In this document: positions 52,001 through 64,000 of the stretch, one piece after another
Layout: each line of letters starts with the position of its first letter
How positions within the stretch are numbered: position 1 is the first letter of the stretch
Assembly (NCBI RefSeq): GCF_964213995.1
Contig: NW_027590198.1
Location: forward strand, 124,001-188,000
From: Mustelus asterias
Lineage: Eukaryota
Direction: 5' to 3'
DNA: 64,000 nucleotides
The notes under the pieces: generated by a model
The model's input: the letters and a program-made list of their open reading frames with translations, nothing else
Database searches by the model: none
Told to the model about the DNA's origin: nothing
Translations under genes and position numbers: made by a program

Positions 52001-53474
52001 AAATCTAGGAAGCAGCTTCATTGACCTCAAACTGCCAGGCCGTTACAGTGTATACAAATTCAGAAACATGCATTCTTAACACGTTTGCAGGTTATAATAG
52101 GGCATTTGGAGTAAAAGTGGAAATGAAAAAACATGACAATGTTATTCGATTGAAGCAAATGAATTACAGATGTCTGAATCTTTCCATTCAGTAATTTGAA
52201 GTTTATTGTTTAAGGTTTAATTGGAACCTAATTACGTCACAATGTTAGAGGCAGGGAAAGTTTTGAATGATTGAAAACTGATTTTATTTCGGAGTACAAA
52301 TCAGCTAACAGGAAAAGTAACCGGCAATTAACAAAACAAAATATAATATTGGTGCCAATTAATTCAAAACAAAATACCTTGAATAATGCACGGGCGTGCA
52401 AAGTATCATCCCGTTTCAGAGAATGTTTAATTGTATCGAAAATGAATTCAGAAACAAAACCTTTCTTTCATCAGCTATGCTTAGCTCGATAAGGTGTTTT
52501 ACCTCGAATATTTTGTTGATTACATTTAATTAAGAAATTAGGTCGAATCAGGTAATGATTGTCAATGTAAATGTTTCTTGGTTTATTTAACCCTTACTGT
52601 GTCACTGTATCTCTGTCGGGGACATTGAACTGTCCTGAATCTGTTATTTTTGATTCCTAATTTTCAGCGAAATTACATTTTTATATAGTTTTCGAGAAGT
52701 GAGACAGACAGAGAGACATAATTAAAAATCGACAGGAGTTTTGAAATGAATATCAGTTTTATTTAAAAGAGGTTATTGATTTTCTGCTGTAAATTGATCA
52801 TTGATCAATTCGAATCAAACAGTTTGAATTAAATTGACAGATTGAACATACCTACCTGCTGGGGAATCGATTGTTGCACCGTTTGTGTCTGTTCTGTTTC
52901 TGCGCGCGTGGTCACTGTGTTGGGACAGGAAACTGCCTGACTGGTTGTAAATCTTCTGGTTCCTTCTGCTGTATTTCAGGGAGTGAAATTTGATTTATTT
53001 CTTCAATACACTTGTATCAGTGAGAAATGTGGCAGTTTGACTTGATGTTTGACTCGGCGTCTCAGAAATGAGATCCCTACAGCATATTGTGACCACCAGA
53101 GAGAGCAGAAACGTCAGATTGTAGAGGGAGAATTGGGTGATTTTTAACCAGTGATGAACCGGCCTTGGGAATGTTCGATGAGCAAATGCAAAGTGAGATT
53201 TACTATATTGTGCTCCGTAGTAAAGCAGTCCATGACCTGTTTGGTATGACAGTTGAAGGGTCAAATTCATTTGCATCTTATTTTTAATCTTCTAAAGGCA
53301 TTTTAGAGTCATTTGCTCGGCCAGAATTTTTAATCATCAATAACTGTTCCTTGAGAAAGTGTTGATATGAAGCATCCTTTGAATAACTGCAGTCCATATG
53401 CTGCAGGCATCCGCCGTGCTGTTAGGCGGAAGTTCCAGGATTTTGACCCAGGAGGAACTGAGGTATTGTTTCAA

Positions 53475-53635
53475 TGATGTGGAGAGGCCGGCGTTGGACT
53501 GGGGTAAACACAGTAAGAAGTTTAACAACACCAGGTTAAAGTCCAACAGGTTTATTTGGTAGCAAAAGCTACCAAATTATTTTGCTACCAAATAAACCTG
53601 TTGGACTTTAACCTGGTGTTGTTAAACTTTTTACT
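53475..53635. mobile_element. Short PLE family A palindrome in the J-C intron, truncated before the hammerhead
   Basis: Arms ~53510-53567 and ~53580-53637, same tail ATGTGGAGA.GCCGGCGTTGG. 12-bp TSD GTATTGTTTCAA (53463-53474 and 53636-53647). Confidence 0.85.
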
Positions 53636-54099
53636 GTATTGTTTCAAGTCAGGATGGTGTGTGTCTTGGAGGGGAGCTTGCAGGTGGTAGTGTTCATATA
53701 TGGCTGTTGCCCTTATCCTGTTAGGATATAAAGGCAACGGGTTTGGACAGTGTTTACTATGGAGCCTTGGTGAGTTGCTGTAGTGCATCTTGTATATAAT
53801 ACACACCGCTGTCACTGCTTGTTAGTGATGGAGAGAGCGAATAGGGTGAATGAGGGGGCGGATAATCTTGTGGGTGGCTTTGCCCTGGATTGTGTCAAAT
53901 TTCTTGAGTTTTTACAGGTTTCCCTCATTGAGGAAAGGGGAAATTATTCAATTGCGACTGATTGCGAAAGATTTAAATGTTTTTCCAACTCTTGGCCCGC
54001 GCTCCGTATTGTGCTCACTTGTCACTCCCACTTACTGTGTGAATGGGTGAGTGTGTGTGGAGTGAGTGGCTTTTCCAGACTGAATCAGCCAGATAGAGA

Positions 54100-55687
54100 C
54101 TTATACACATCACACACTCTCACACACATAAATACACACATACACACTCTCATATGCTCTCACACATGCACACACACACACACACACATACATACTCACA
54201 CTTACTTTCTCTCTCATAGGGTATCTCTTACACACCCATACACATTCTCTCTCTCACGTTACACATACACTCTCTCAAATACAAATACATACATAGTCTC
54301 GCTCTCTCCATCAATCTCCCACACCCCCATACACAAAAGCGCTCACATCCCCACACACCCACCCATTCTCTTTTATACAGAGACACACACTCTCACATAA
54401 GCACAGTCTCACACTCTCGCACACGCACTCTCACATGCACTCTCTCTCCCACTCTCTGTCACACACGCTCAAGCTGTCTCACATTTATTCACACGCTCTC
54501 TCACAATTCCTCGTGCACACGCATCTCTCTCTCTCTCTCACACAGACGCACATACTTCTTTCTCTCTTGCACACACTATCTCACACCTCTACATTCTTGA
54601 TCTCACACACTGACTCTCTCACAAACACTCCCTCACAAACATAGACACATGCACACACTCTAACACACACTCTTACACACCGACACAGTCTCTCACATAA
54701 GCACAGTCTCGCGCACACATTCTCTCTCTCTCACACACACACATGCACTATGCCTCTCACATTCCCTCTTCCGTACACTCTCACTTCGTCTCACACACAT
54801 TCCCATGCCCTCTCTCTCTCTCTCTCTCTCTCTCATACGAACACTTGCACATGTATTCTCTCACACAGGCACATATTTCTCTCTCTTTCACACGCTCACT
54901 CCCTTAGACATTATCTCACACATGCACAATCTTGCTCTCAAACACTGTCTCTCACAAACACCTTCTCTTTCACACGCACACAATCTCGCACACAGTTTCT
55001 CCTTCTCTTACACACGAACACACATGTATATACAATGTATCTCTCTTTAAACACTCCACCTATCACAGACACATGTTCTCTGAACAGTCAATTCACTCAC
55101 ACACACTCACGCATTCACTCTGTCTAAGTTTCACACTTTTTCTCGCTCACACACACTCTCCCCGCCCCTCCACACACACACACACATACACTCAAACACA
55201 TTGCTTCTATCTCCCACACAGATTGTACATATCTTTCTCACTCACACGCCATCCCATGCACAGTTTCACACACTGATGAACATATTATTTTGCTTTCCAA
55301 TAGGCACTCCCTCTCACACACACTGTCTTTCACATGAACACAACACTCTCCCACACACATCACCTCCCTCTCAGACACACACACTCTCTTTCACAGACAT
55401 CGTGTATCTCATATAGACACACTCCCTTTCACATCAACATACACACAATCACACACAGAAGTACTCTTCCACACAGACTCCCCACACACACTCTCCCCGC
55501 CCCTCCACACACATACATTTTCAAGACACACTCTCACACACAAAGAATAACCCTTCAAACACACATTCTGTCTCTCACACACACATTACCTCACACACCC
55601 TTTCTCTCACGTGCACTCTCCCCTCTTGCAGGCACAGCCCACTGTCTCACACATGTGCAAACACAGTCTATCACACACAGGCACCCT
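54100..55687. repeat. Degenerate (CA)n/(CT)n low-complexity tract
   Basis: Direct inspection. Very G-poor top strand. Confidence 0.9.
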
Positions 55688-55847
55688 NNNNNNNNNNNNN
55701 NNNNNNNNNNNNNNNNNNNNNNNNNNNNNNNNNNNNNNNNNNNNNNNNNNNNNNNNNNNNNNNNNNNNNNNNNNNNNNNNNNNNNNNNNNNNNNNNNNNN
55801 NNNNNNNNNNNNNNNNNNNNNNNNNNNNNNNNNNNNNNNNNNNNNNN
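55688..55847. other. Assembly gap (160 N)
   Basis: Run of n. Confidence 1.
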
Positions 55848-55874
55848 TACGTCAGAGTGTCTGTCCTTGACATC

Positions 55875-56195
55875 ATAGAATAGAATCATAGGATGCTACA
55901 GTGCAGAAAGAGGCCACTCAGCCCATCGAGTCTGCACCAACAGCAATCCCACCCAGGCCCTATCCCCATAACCACATATATTTACTCTAACTAGTCCCCC
56001 TGACACTAAGGGGCAATTTAGCACGGCCAATCTACCGAACCCACACATCTTTGGACTGTGGGAGGAAACAGGAGCACCCGAAGGAAACCCAAACAGACAC
56101 GGGGGGAACTTGCAAACTCCACACAGACAGTGACCCAAGTCGGGAATCCAACTCTGAGGCAGCAGCGCTAATCACTGAGCCACCGTGCCACCGCC
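55875..56195 (-). mobile_element. V-SINE (HE1-like) in the J-C intron
   Basis: GGCGGTGGCACGGTGGCTCAGTG...CCCACAGTCCAAAGATGTG...TTCTATG on the - strand. Confidence 0.88.
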
Positions 56196-56849
56196 CCCAC
56201 TCCCCCCCGACCGCCCTCCCGCCAGCCCCCCCCCCCACCCCCCCCCCTGCCCCCCCCCCCACACCCCGACCCCCCCGGCCCCGGTAGCATTTGAATGAGG
56301 GTGGGATCAAGGAGCCCGAGTAAAACTCAAGTCAGTAAGAATGGGCGGGAAATTCTTCTCTGTTCGGAGTCATACTTAGCACAAAGCAACATGGTATTGG
56401 TGGTTGGAGGTCAAACATCTAAGTTCAGATTTCACTGCAGGATTTGGGCAGGGGAGTGTTCTGGGACCAACAATCTTCTACTGCTTCAACAGTGACATTC
56501 CATCCAACATGAGGTCAGAAGTAGGGATTTCCATGAGTTACACCAGACACAAACACCCAAAAAATAAGAAGGGAATTGGCTGAGACCAAGGCCGCCTGGC
56601 TCCCCAATACTGGTGTAAACTTGGTGTTTGATTCCTGTGCGACCCATCCTAGTTTTGCTGTCAGCTTCCCTACAGCTCCCTCAGTCTGACTATTTGTTCA
56701 CTGGTACGTGTTTCTTAAAGAAAGGCACCGACATTAAAGCAGCTACCCGGTGATCTACCCTGCTGCCTGACTTTACACAGCCCTGTTACAGAAAGCTGAT
56801 CAATGTGGAGAATCGGGAAAAGATCGATGGAGAGGAAGAGGAGGATGTG

Positions 56850-58360
56850 GCTCACTGACTCTCTCACCCTGGCCCACACTTTCTGACTCACCCTCAATCT
56901 CTCATCCTCACTCAAAGAACTTCACTCCCTCACCCTCACTTACCCACCTTCCCTCGCTGACCCACTCTCACTCATTCATCCCCACTCACTCATCCCAACT
57001 CACTCATCCCAACTCACTCATCCCAACTCACTCACCCTTGCTCACTCATCCACCCTCACACGCTCAATTTCACACACTCAACCTCACACACTCAACTTCA
57101 CACACTCAACTTCACGCACTCAATCTCACGCACTCAACCTCAGAAACTCACTGATCCTCATTCACCCCGGGTCACTCACCCTCACACCCTCACTCACTCA
57201 AAATCACTCACACACATTCGCTCTCTCACTCTCACCCATCCTCACTCACTCACCCTCATTCACTCACATTCACATCTTCATTCACTCACCAGCACTCACT
57301 CACTCACACTCACTCGCCCTCACACACCCTCACTCACTCATCCTCATTCACTCACTGTCACTCAGTCACCCACACTCACACGCTATCACTCACTCAACCT
57401 CACTCACTAACCCTCATTCACTCACTCAGAGCCTCAGTCACTCACCAACACTCATAGTCACCTTCGTTCACTCATCCCACTAACCCACCCTCACTCACCC
57501 AGTCTCACTCACTCTCACTCACTCAGCCCACTTACCCACCCTCACTTATCTAGTGTCACTCACTCTCACTCACCCTCACTCACCCCACTTACCCACCTTC
57601 ACTCATCCAGTCTCAATCACTCTCACTAACTCACCGCCCTTACCCTCCCTCACTCATCCCGTCTCACTCACTCTCACTCACCCTCATTCACTCTCCCCAC
57701 TTACCCACCCTCACTCACCCAGACTCACCCCCACACACTCAAGCTCAGTTACCCTCTCTCTCTCACGTACGCCACCTGACCCATTTAAACTCACTGAGAC
57801 TCACGCACCTACATTCACTCACACACCCTCACATATTCACCATCACTCAAGTTCACCCACCCTAACTCACAGATCTTCAATCACTCATCCTCAGTCAAAC
57901 GCCTTCACTCACTCATCCTCACTCATCCACCCATCCGTATTCATTCTCCCTCACACACTCTCACACACCACCCTCAATAACACACCCTGACTCACTCACT
58001 CTCTCACCCTCACTTATTAAGTCACATTCACTCCTCACCCTCATTCACTCGCTCTCACTCAACCACCTTCACTAACCTTCATGCATCCTCACTCACTCAC
58101 CCTCATTCATTCTCTCTTACCGACACTCACTCACCCACCTTCACTCACCCACCCTCTCTCACACACCCTCATTTACTCACGCTCTCTCACCCTCACCCAC
58201 ACTTACTCACTCACCCTCAATCACTCATCCTCACTGAAAGAACTTCACTCACTCACCCTCACTTACCCACCTTCCGTCACTCACACACCATCACTCATCC
58301 ACTCTCACTCCTTCAATCACTCACCCTCACGCACTCACATTTTCTCACTCACACTCGCTA
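56850..58360. repeat. (CACT/CTCA/CACC)n low-complexity tract
   Basis: Direct inspection. Confidence 0.9.
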
Positions 58361-58489
58361 AACCTGTGTGTGGAGGCCTGCAGCGAGAGAGAAGAAAGAT
58401 CTCAAGCGGCAGTTTGGTGTTCAAATGTGGGAGCTGCCCTGCGAATATGGAGAGCTGGGGGGAATCCCTGGGGGCTCAGGGCCAAGGAC

Positions 58490-59062
58490 AATGGCAAAGA
58501 GCCGGGGAGAACAGGAGGCGTGCTAAAGGGCAGAGAGCCGAGGGGGAAGGGCAGAGAGCCTGAGGAAAGGGACCACAGCCGGGCAACAGGGCAGAGAGCC
58601 GGGGGAAAGAGTAGAGAGTCAGGAGAAAGGGCAGAGAGCCAGGAGAAAGGGCAGAGAGCCAATAGAAAGGGCAGGGAGCCAGGTGAAAGGGCAGAGAACC
58701 AGGAGAAAGGGCAGAGAGATGGGGGAAAGGGCAGAGAGACCAGGGAAAGAGGAGAGAGCCAGGATAAAGGGCAGGGAGGCCGGGGAAAGGACAGAGAGCC
58801 GAGGAAAAGGGAAAGCGAGCCCAGAGAAAAGGGCAGAGAGTCAGGGGGAAAGGCAGAGAGTCAAGGGGAAAGGGCAGAGAGTCGGGGGAAAGGCTACGGA
58901 GTTGAGGGAAAGGGCAGATAGCAGGGGGAGAGGGCACAGAGCTGGAAGGAAGTGTAGCGAGCCAGGTGGAAGTGCGGAGTGCCGGGTGAAAGGGGAAAAG
59001 AGCCACAGGGAATGGCAGAGAGCCAGGGGAAAGGACAGAGAGCCGGGGAAAATGGGCAGAGA
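58490..59062 (+). repeat. G/A-rich 20-bp minisatellite (GGGCAGAGAGCCAGGAGAAA)n
   Basis: About 28 degenerate 20-bp units, almost T-free on the top strand. Confidence 0.9.
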
Positions 59063-59389
59063 GTGGGTGATCGACAGGCGAAGTGAGGAGGTGCAAAATA
59101 GAGCGAGCACCACAACCAGATCATCTGTAATCTCGGTGAATAATGGAGGAGACGTCAGGTCCCGAATGGCCAACTCTTGCTATTAATGTATGACCCTTCA
59201 ATTAGTCAATGTTGCAATTATTTGAATTTGTAATCACATTTAGAGCTTCCTGGTCATTCAGTATGTATTCATTCCGGAGATATTTTTGAAGCAAAGTCAC
59301 TAATCTTCGTTTTGTGGATTGAGGGACAGTGAGTTGGAGAGAGGAAGGGGTATATGTCAGTTTGAACACAGCCAATTTCCAAAACTACA

Positions 59390-59512
59390 ATGTGGAGATG
59401 CCGGCGTTAGGTTGGGATGGGCACAGTAACGAGTCTGACAACACCAGGTTAAAGTCCAACATGTTTATTTGGAATTGCGAGCTTTTGGAGCTCCTTCATC
59501 AGGTGAGTGGAT
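59390..59512 (-). mobile_element. PLE family A-related solo arm (hammerhead stem II partly deleted)
   Basis: ATGTGGAGATGCCGGCGTT...ACAACACCAGGTTAAAGTCCAAC...CCTTCATCAGGTGAG. Confidence 0.75.
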
Positions 59513-60036
59513 GATATGAATGAAGAGACAACTTCTTCATCACAAAGTGCTGTTGTTTGAGAAATAAATAGCAGTTGCAATAATGGAGAAAATCTTTGCT
59601 CTTCTCTGTTAATCCAATGAATGATATGTCATTTTGAGGAGCAGAATGTTTTTCTTTCTAATCTGATAGAGGTGGAGACAGGGATATGAGTTTCTACAGA
59701 GATGACGGATCTCAGATGATAGAAATAACAGAATCACAAAGGTGGATGTACGTTTTGATCGGGAAATATTAGGATTAGTTCATAATTCTAGACAAAGTTT
59801 GAGATAGAAACATAGAAAATAAAGCAGGAGTAGACCATTCGGCCCTTTGAGCCTGCTCCGCCATTCACTTTGGTCAGAGCTCATCAATATCCTGATCACA
59901 CCTACTACCCATATCCCTTGGTCCCTTTAGCCCCAAGAGCTTTATCTAATATAGAAACATAATGGTAAAAACAGGTTTGATGACTTAATAAACGCAAGTA
60001 AGAGTCTAACTTGTTCAATCGACTATTCTTTCCCAG

Positions 60037-60330
60037 CGACACCGTCTCCGCCCACTCTCTACAGCCTGGTCTCCTCCTGTCAGCAACACAACTCCGCTGG
60101 CTCCATCACCTACGGCTGTTTGGCGATGGACTACTCTCCAGATGTCACCAAACTGACCTGGAAGAAAAATGGGCAGCCGATCACCAATGGGTTTAAGACT
60201 TACCCGTCAGTGAGAAACACGAAGGGAACCTACACCCTGAGCAGCCAGTTGACCATCACCGACTCAGAATGCCCCAAAATTCACTGTGAGGTTCGACACA
60301 GCGGCTCAGTCAAGAGCATTGGAATGCAAT
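60037..60330 (+). CDS. IGHM: IgM constant exon Cmu1 (CH1)
   Basis: Acceptor TTTCCCAG|. [14 protein letters not shown]...[10 protein letters not shown]...LTWKKNG...HCEVRH is a C1-set domain with the light-chain-pairing Cys. Donor T|GTAAGT. Confidence 0.95.
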
Positions 60331-60479
60331 GTAAGTGTTGTGGAACCTGGGAAAGACAGGGACGCTGTGATTGAACTGTATAAGGCTTTAGTTATAACTG
60401 ATCTGTAGCACTCCGAAAAATTGGAATTGTGCAAAATCCAGGTAAGTGTCTACTGACTGAAAAGTTGCTCAGAACCAGA

Positions 60480-61190
60480 GGGCCATAGAAATGTTACTGT
60501 ACAGAAGGAGGCCATTTAGCCCATCATATCTGTACTAGCCAAAATGGAGAACAAATAAACTATCCAGTCATTTTCAGCCCATTTTCCAGCCCTTGCCCTG
60601 TAGCCTTGCAGGTTAAAGCACTCGAGATCCAGACCCAGATACCTTTTAAATGAGCATGCTCCCTGGTAATTGAGCCCTCCACTTGGGGAATGAATTATTT
60701 CTGTCTACATCATGCCTCAGCCTCCTCTTTTGCTGAGGAGAACAACCCCTCCCTATCCAATCTCGCCTCATGGCTGCAATTTTCAGGCCCTGGCAACATT
60801 CTTGTAAACCTCATCTCTCTTCAGAGTCATTATGTCATTCCTGCAACGTGGTGACGAGAACTGTACAGCAAACTCCAACCGTGGCCTAACTAGCGTTGTA
60901 TGCAGCTCCATCATTGCATCACTGTTTTTGTATTCAATACCTCACATAATAGAGGAACTAATCCGATATGCTTTCTTGATCAATTTGTCCAGCTGCCCTA
61001 CCATCTACAAGGACCTGTGGACATGCACTCTAAGGTCTTGCATTTCCTCAATCCCTCTTAACCTTCCAGTTTATTGCCTTGCGTTGTTTTCCCTCCCTAA
61101 ATGCATTGTGTGGCACTTTTGACGGTTGAATTCCATTCGCCATTTCCCTGCCAATTCAACCAAACCATGGATATAATTCTCAAATCGGCA
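60480..61190 (-). mobile_element. Degenerate CR1 3' fragment in the Cmu1-Cmu2 intron
   Basis: Reverse strand reads VRPRLEFAVQFSSP, with a CATAGAA tail near 60484. Confidence 0.7.
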
Positions 61191-61273
61191 GCGATGGTGC
61201 TAAAATAAAAGAACTAATTTTAATTGTTGTCAATTGAATCTTCAAGTAACGTCTAAACATGTGTTTGTTGAAG

Positions 61274-61594
61274 GCGACACCACCCCAGCCGTTATCCGCC
61301 CAACCGTTATCCTCACCGTGAGTTCCAGAGAAGAAATCACAAGCAGAAAATTTGCAACCATCGTCTGTTCAATCATCGATTTCCAGCCAAAGTCAATGAC
61401 GGTGAAGTGGCTGAAGAATGGACAACCCATGGATTCAGGAATTGTCACCTCTCCCGCCTGTGAAGTGAATGGGAACTTCTCGGCCAGCAGTCGGTTGACA
61501 GTCTCCGCTCAGGAATGGATCAGCAAAGCGGTCTATACCTGCCAGGTCACTCATCAAGAATTCACTCAGAGTCAGAACATCAGCGGATCTCTGG
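61274..61594 (+). CDS. IGHM: IgM constant exon Cmu2 (CH2)
   Basis: Acceptor GTTTGTTGAAG|. PTVILT...[12 protein letters not shown]...VKWLKNG...YTCQVTH. Donor G|GTAAGA. Frame is continuous with Cmu1. Confidence 0.92.
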
Positions 61595-62512
61595 GTAAGA
61601 GACTCAAACCGAGGATAAAATATACCAATCCGATGTTAATCAGAATTAGGGGTCTATTAAAGTTAGTACAAAACACAGAACAACTTCTAATTTACTGGCA
61701 TGTGGTTTGCTGCATTAGGACAGTGCCCCATTCAGAATTTCATCACAACAGCAATTTTTGTTATTCCTTCATGAGATGTGCATTTATTTCCCATCCCTGA
61801 GGTCACTTAAGTGTCAACCACGTTGCTGTGGACCTGGAGTCACATGCATGCCAGGCCAGATAAAGACAGCAGATTTACTTTTTTGAAGGGCATTCGTGAA
61901 CCAGGTGGGCTTTGACAACAACGGCTTCATGATGATCATTTGACTTTTAATTATAGATTTTTATTGAATTCGAATTTCACCATCTGCAGTGGTGAGATTC
62001 GAATCCGTGTCTCTTCAATTAGAGTCTTGTCCTCGGTCTCTTGGATTACAAGTCCATTGACAATCCCACTGCCTCCCCTTGAAAGAGTGTTTCTTTCTAT
62101 TTTGAAGTAACACAGTGAGCGAGATGGCCTTGATGTCAGCTTTTTTCCTGAGACGGCTGGTAAGATTTGGAGAAACAGTTGGTGTTGGACTGTTTCACAG
62201 GTCACAGCGTAGGGCTAAAATGTTGGAAAGTGCATTCACCCTAATAATTAATCAATGACAAGTGCTGTGTTCCTGAGTTGGGGCATGGTTGGGAATGCTG
62301 CAATGCTGATTCATGAGAATGATACCGCTGCTAAAATATTTTAATAAAGAGAATAATTTCACAGAACAAGCTGGTTTTCCATCGTCTATAGAAGTTTAAA
62401 GGCGATACTTAGAGGTTAATATCACGAAAGCGACTTTTTCTGCTTTAGGGTGAATACTGCTGTCCTGCTTCTGAAGAGGGAACTTGGGTTGATTTTCATT
62501 TGTCATTTACAG

Positions 62513-62821
62513 ATCCTTCCCAGTGCCATGATCAAACAGTGACGATACAGCCACCACCAATAGAACAGGTCCTACTGGAGGCAACAGTGACCTTAACCTG
62601 CATCATTTCTAATGCTCCTTATGGAGTCAACGTGTCCTGGATCCGAGACAGGAAGTATTTGAAATCAGAGATTGCCGAAAAGCCAGGAGCGGATCCTGAC
62701 AGCGTGGTCAGCAAATTAAACATCTCGACAGAAGCCTGGCTGAGTGCGGCTGTGTTTCACTGTGTGGTGAGCCATCAGGATCTACCGACTCCTTTAAGAA
62801 AATCCATCCACAAGGAAACAG
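62513..62821 (+). CDS. IGHM: IgM constant exon Cmu3 (CH3)
   Basis: Acceptor CATTTACAG|. [17 protein letters not shown]...VNVSW...[13 protein letters not shown]. Donor G|GTGAG. Confidence 0.95.
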
Positions 62822-63317
62822 GTGAGCTGAGAGATTGAAGCAATAAATGCGTCACTGTGTCTATTTCCAGTGTCAGTGTACTGGTCAATATTCAGTATTC
62901 AGTGCATTAATGGTGTCCCCTGAGTGGAAACTCCACTAACTAAAGACTCTGGTCCTGCAGATAGTTTTACGGGGAAATTTGATGTGTTGATGAATGAAAA
63001 GTGAACTGAAGGCGATGTTATTGGATTTAGATCGAATAAGGAGGGAGGAGCCTGATGTGGAGCATGAAAACCAATAAAAAAGCAGATCAGTTGGGCCGAA
63101 GAGCCTGATTCAGTGCTGTAAACTTTCTGAAACTTTCCCAGTCCAACCCGCTGAGTTATTTGAGAAAACAATTGCGTTCACCTCTCCTCCAAGCTGGAAG
63201 TCAAAAATGGAAACATTTAAAATCGAAAGCGAAGCACATTTTTCTGATACCCAGCCAGCAGTTTCATTGTCTCCAGAATCCTCCAGTTTATTGACATTTA
63301 TTGTACTTTTTCTGCAG

Positions 63318-63709
63318 ATCCAAATCCGCGGGAACCGTTCGTCTCTGTCCTCCTGCCCTCGGCAGAAGAAGTCTCCGCTCAGAGATTCGTCTCCCTCAGC
63401 TGCTTAGTGAGACGTTTCTCCCCGCGAGAGATCTTCGTCAAGTGGACCGTCAACGACAAGCCGGTGAATCCTGGGAACTACAGGAACACCGAGGTGGTCG
63501 CGGAGAGCGGGAATAGCTCCTTCTTCATGTACAGCCTGTTATCCATTGCAGCAGAGGAGTGGTCCAGCGGTGCTTCTTACTCCTGTGTGGTGGGACATGA
63601 AGCCATCCCCTTGAAGATCATCAACAGAACAGTTGATAAATCCAGCGGTAAACCCAGTTTTGTGAACATTTCCCTTGCACTGATGGACACCGTTAATTCA
63701 TGTCAATGA
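63318..63709 (+). CDS. IGHM: IgM constant exon Cmu4 plus secretory tailpiece
   Basis: Acceptor TTTTTCTGCAG|. [13 protein letters not shown]...LSCLV...VKWTVN...[11 protein letters not shown], then tail [20 protein letters not shown] with an NIS sequon and penultimate Cys. Confidence 0.96.
63645..63653 (+). promoter_or_regulatory. Internal Cmu4 splice donor for the membrane (TM) isoform
   Basis: AGCG|GTAAAC with GT at 63648, at the domain/tailpiece junction (SSGK), the conserved position in mu genes. The TM exons lie outside the window. Confidence 0.8.
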
Positions 63710-63736
63710 GAATCATTCGCGAACATTAAAAACTTC

Positions 63737-63751
63737 AATAAAAATAATAAA
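63737..63751 (+). terminator. Secretory mu poly(A) signals (two AATAAA)
   Basis: AATAAA at 63737 and 63746, ~30 bp after the stop, with a T/GT-rich tract at ~63793-63812. Confidence 0.8.
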
Positions 63752-64000
63752 ATATTTTTCCTCTAACGATAAATGAAATAGCCAAACGCTTAATTGATTG
63801 TTTTTCAGTTTTACTTCCATTAGATATCTTTGGTTTGAGTCAGATATTTTCAGGTCTCAGGCCCAAGTCTTGTTGAACCAGTGCACCCAGCTCAGATACA
63901 CCCTGTGTTCGAGACAGAGTAGAGCACATTCATTACAAGATTCTGCAAAATATCTTCACCGACTTTCCTCCCTGAGGAAAAATCCGACAATTTGAACATT

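Noticed and set aside
10930-56195. tRNA-like A/B-box sequences
   Set aside because: These are SINE heads followed by V-domain or Deu-like bodies, not tRNA genes.
53783-59186. Long His/Thr/Leu/Ser-rich and Arg/Glu/Gly-rich ORFs
   Set aside because: Translations of simple repeats and the minisatellite, with no splice or domain support.
47484-63709. IgNAR, IgW or germline-joined gene interpretation
   Set aside because: Conventional VH with full FR2/CDR2, two Ds with intact RSSs, four C exons with a CH1 light-chain Cys and a mu-type tailpiece. This indicates split-configuration IgM.

Overview
Vertebrate, repeat-rich genomic DNA from a cartilaginous fish, most likely a shark. The window holds one apparently intact, unrearranged immunoglobulin mu (IgM) heavy-chain minilocus on the + strand: leader (47307), VH with 23-RSS, D1 (12/22), D2 (12/12), JH (23-RSS), an ~11 kb J-C intron, and Cmu1-Cmu4 with secretory tailpiece and poly(A) signal (~63.7 kb). 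Transmembrane exons are not in the window. Upstream, an old tandem duplication (~20.3-36.3 kb vs ~36.3-47.8 kb) ends in a disabled second VH that is cut off just before its RSS. The rest is mostly CR1, L2-type and RTE LINE remnants, V-SINE (HE1-like) and SacSINE-like SINEs, and degenerate satellites. The most striking unexplained structures are several young inverted-repeat insertions with 12-bp target-site duplications. Two of them carry minimal hammerhead-ribozyme motifs on both arms, consistent with non-autonomous Penelope-like elements. The J-C intron also has octamer-bearing internal repeats and a G-rich 20-bp minisatellite in a switch-region-like position. Repeat boundaries were judged by eye and are approximate. 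Ig exon, RSS and TSD coordinates were counted from the sequence.
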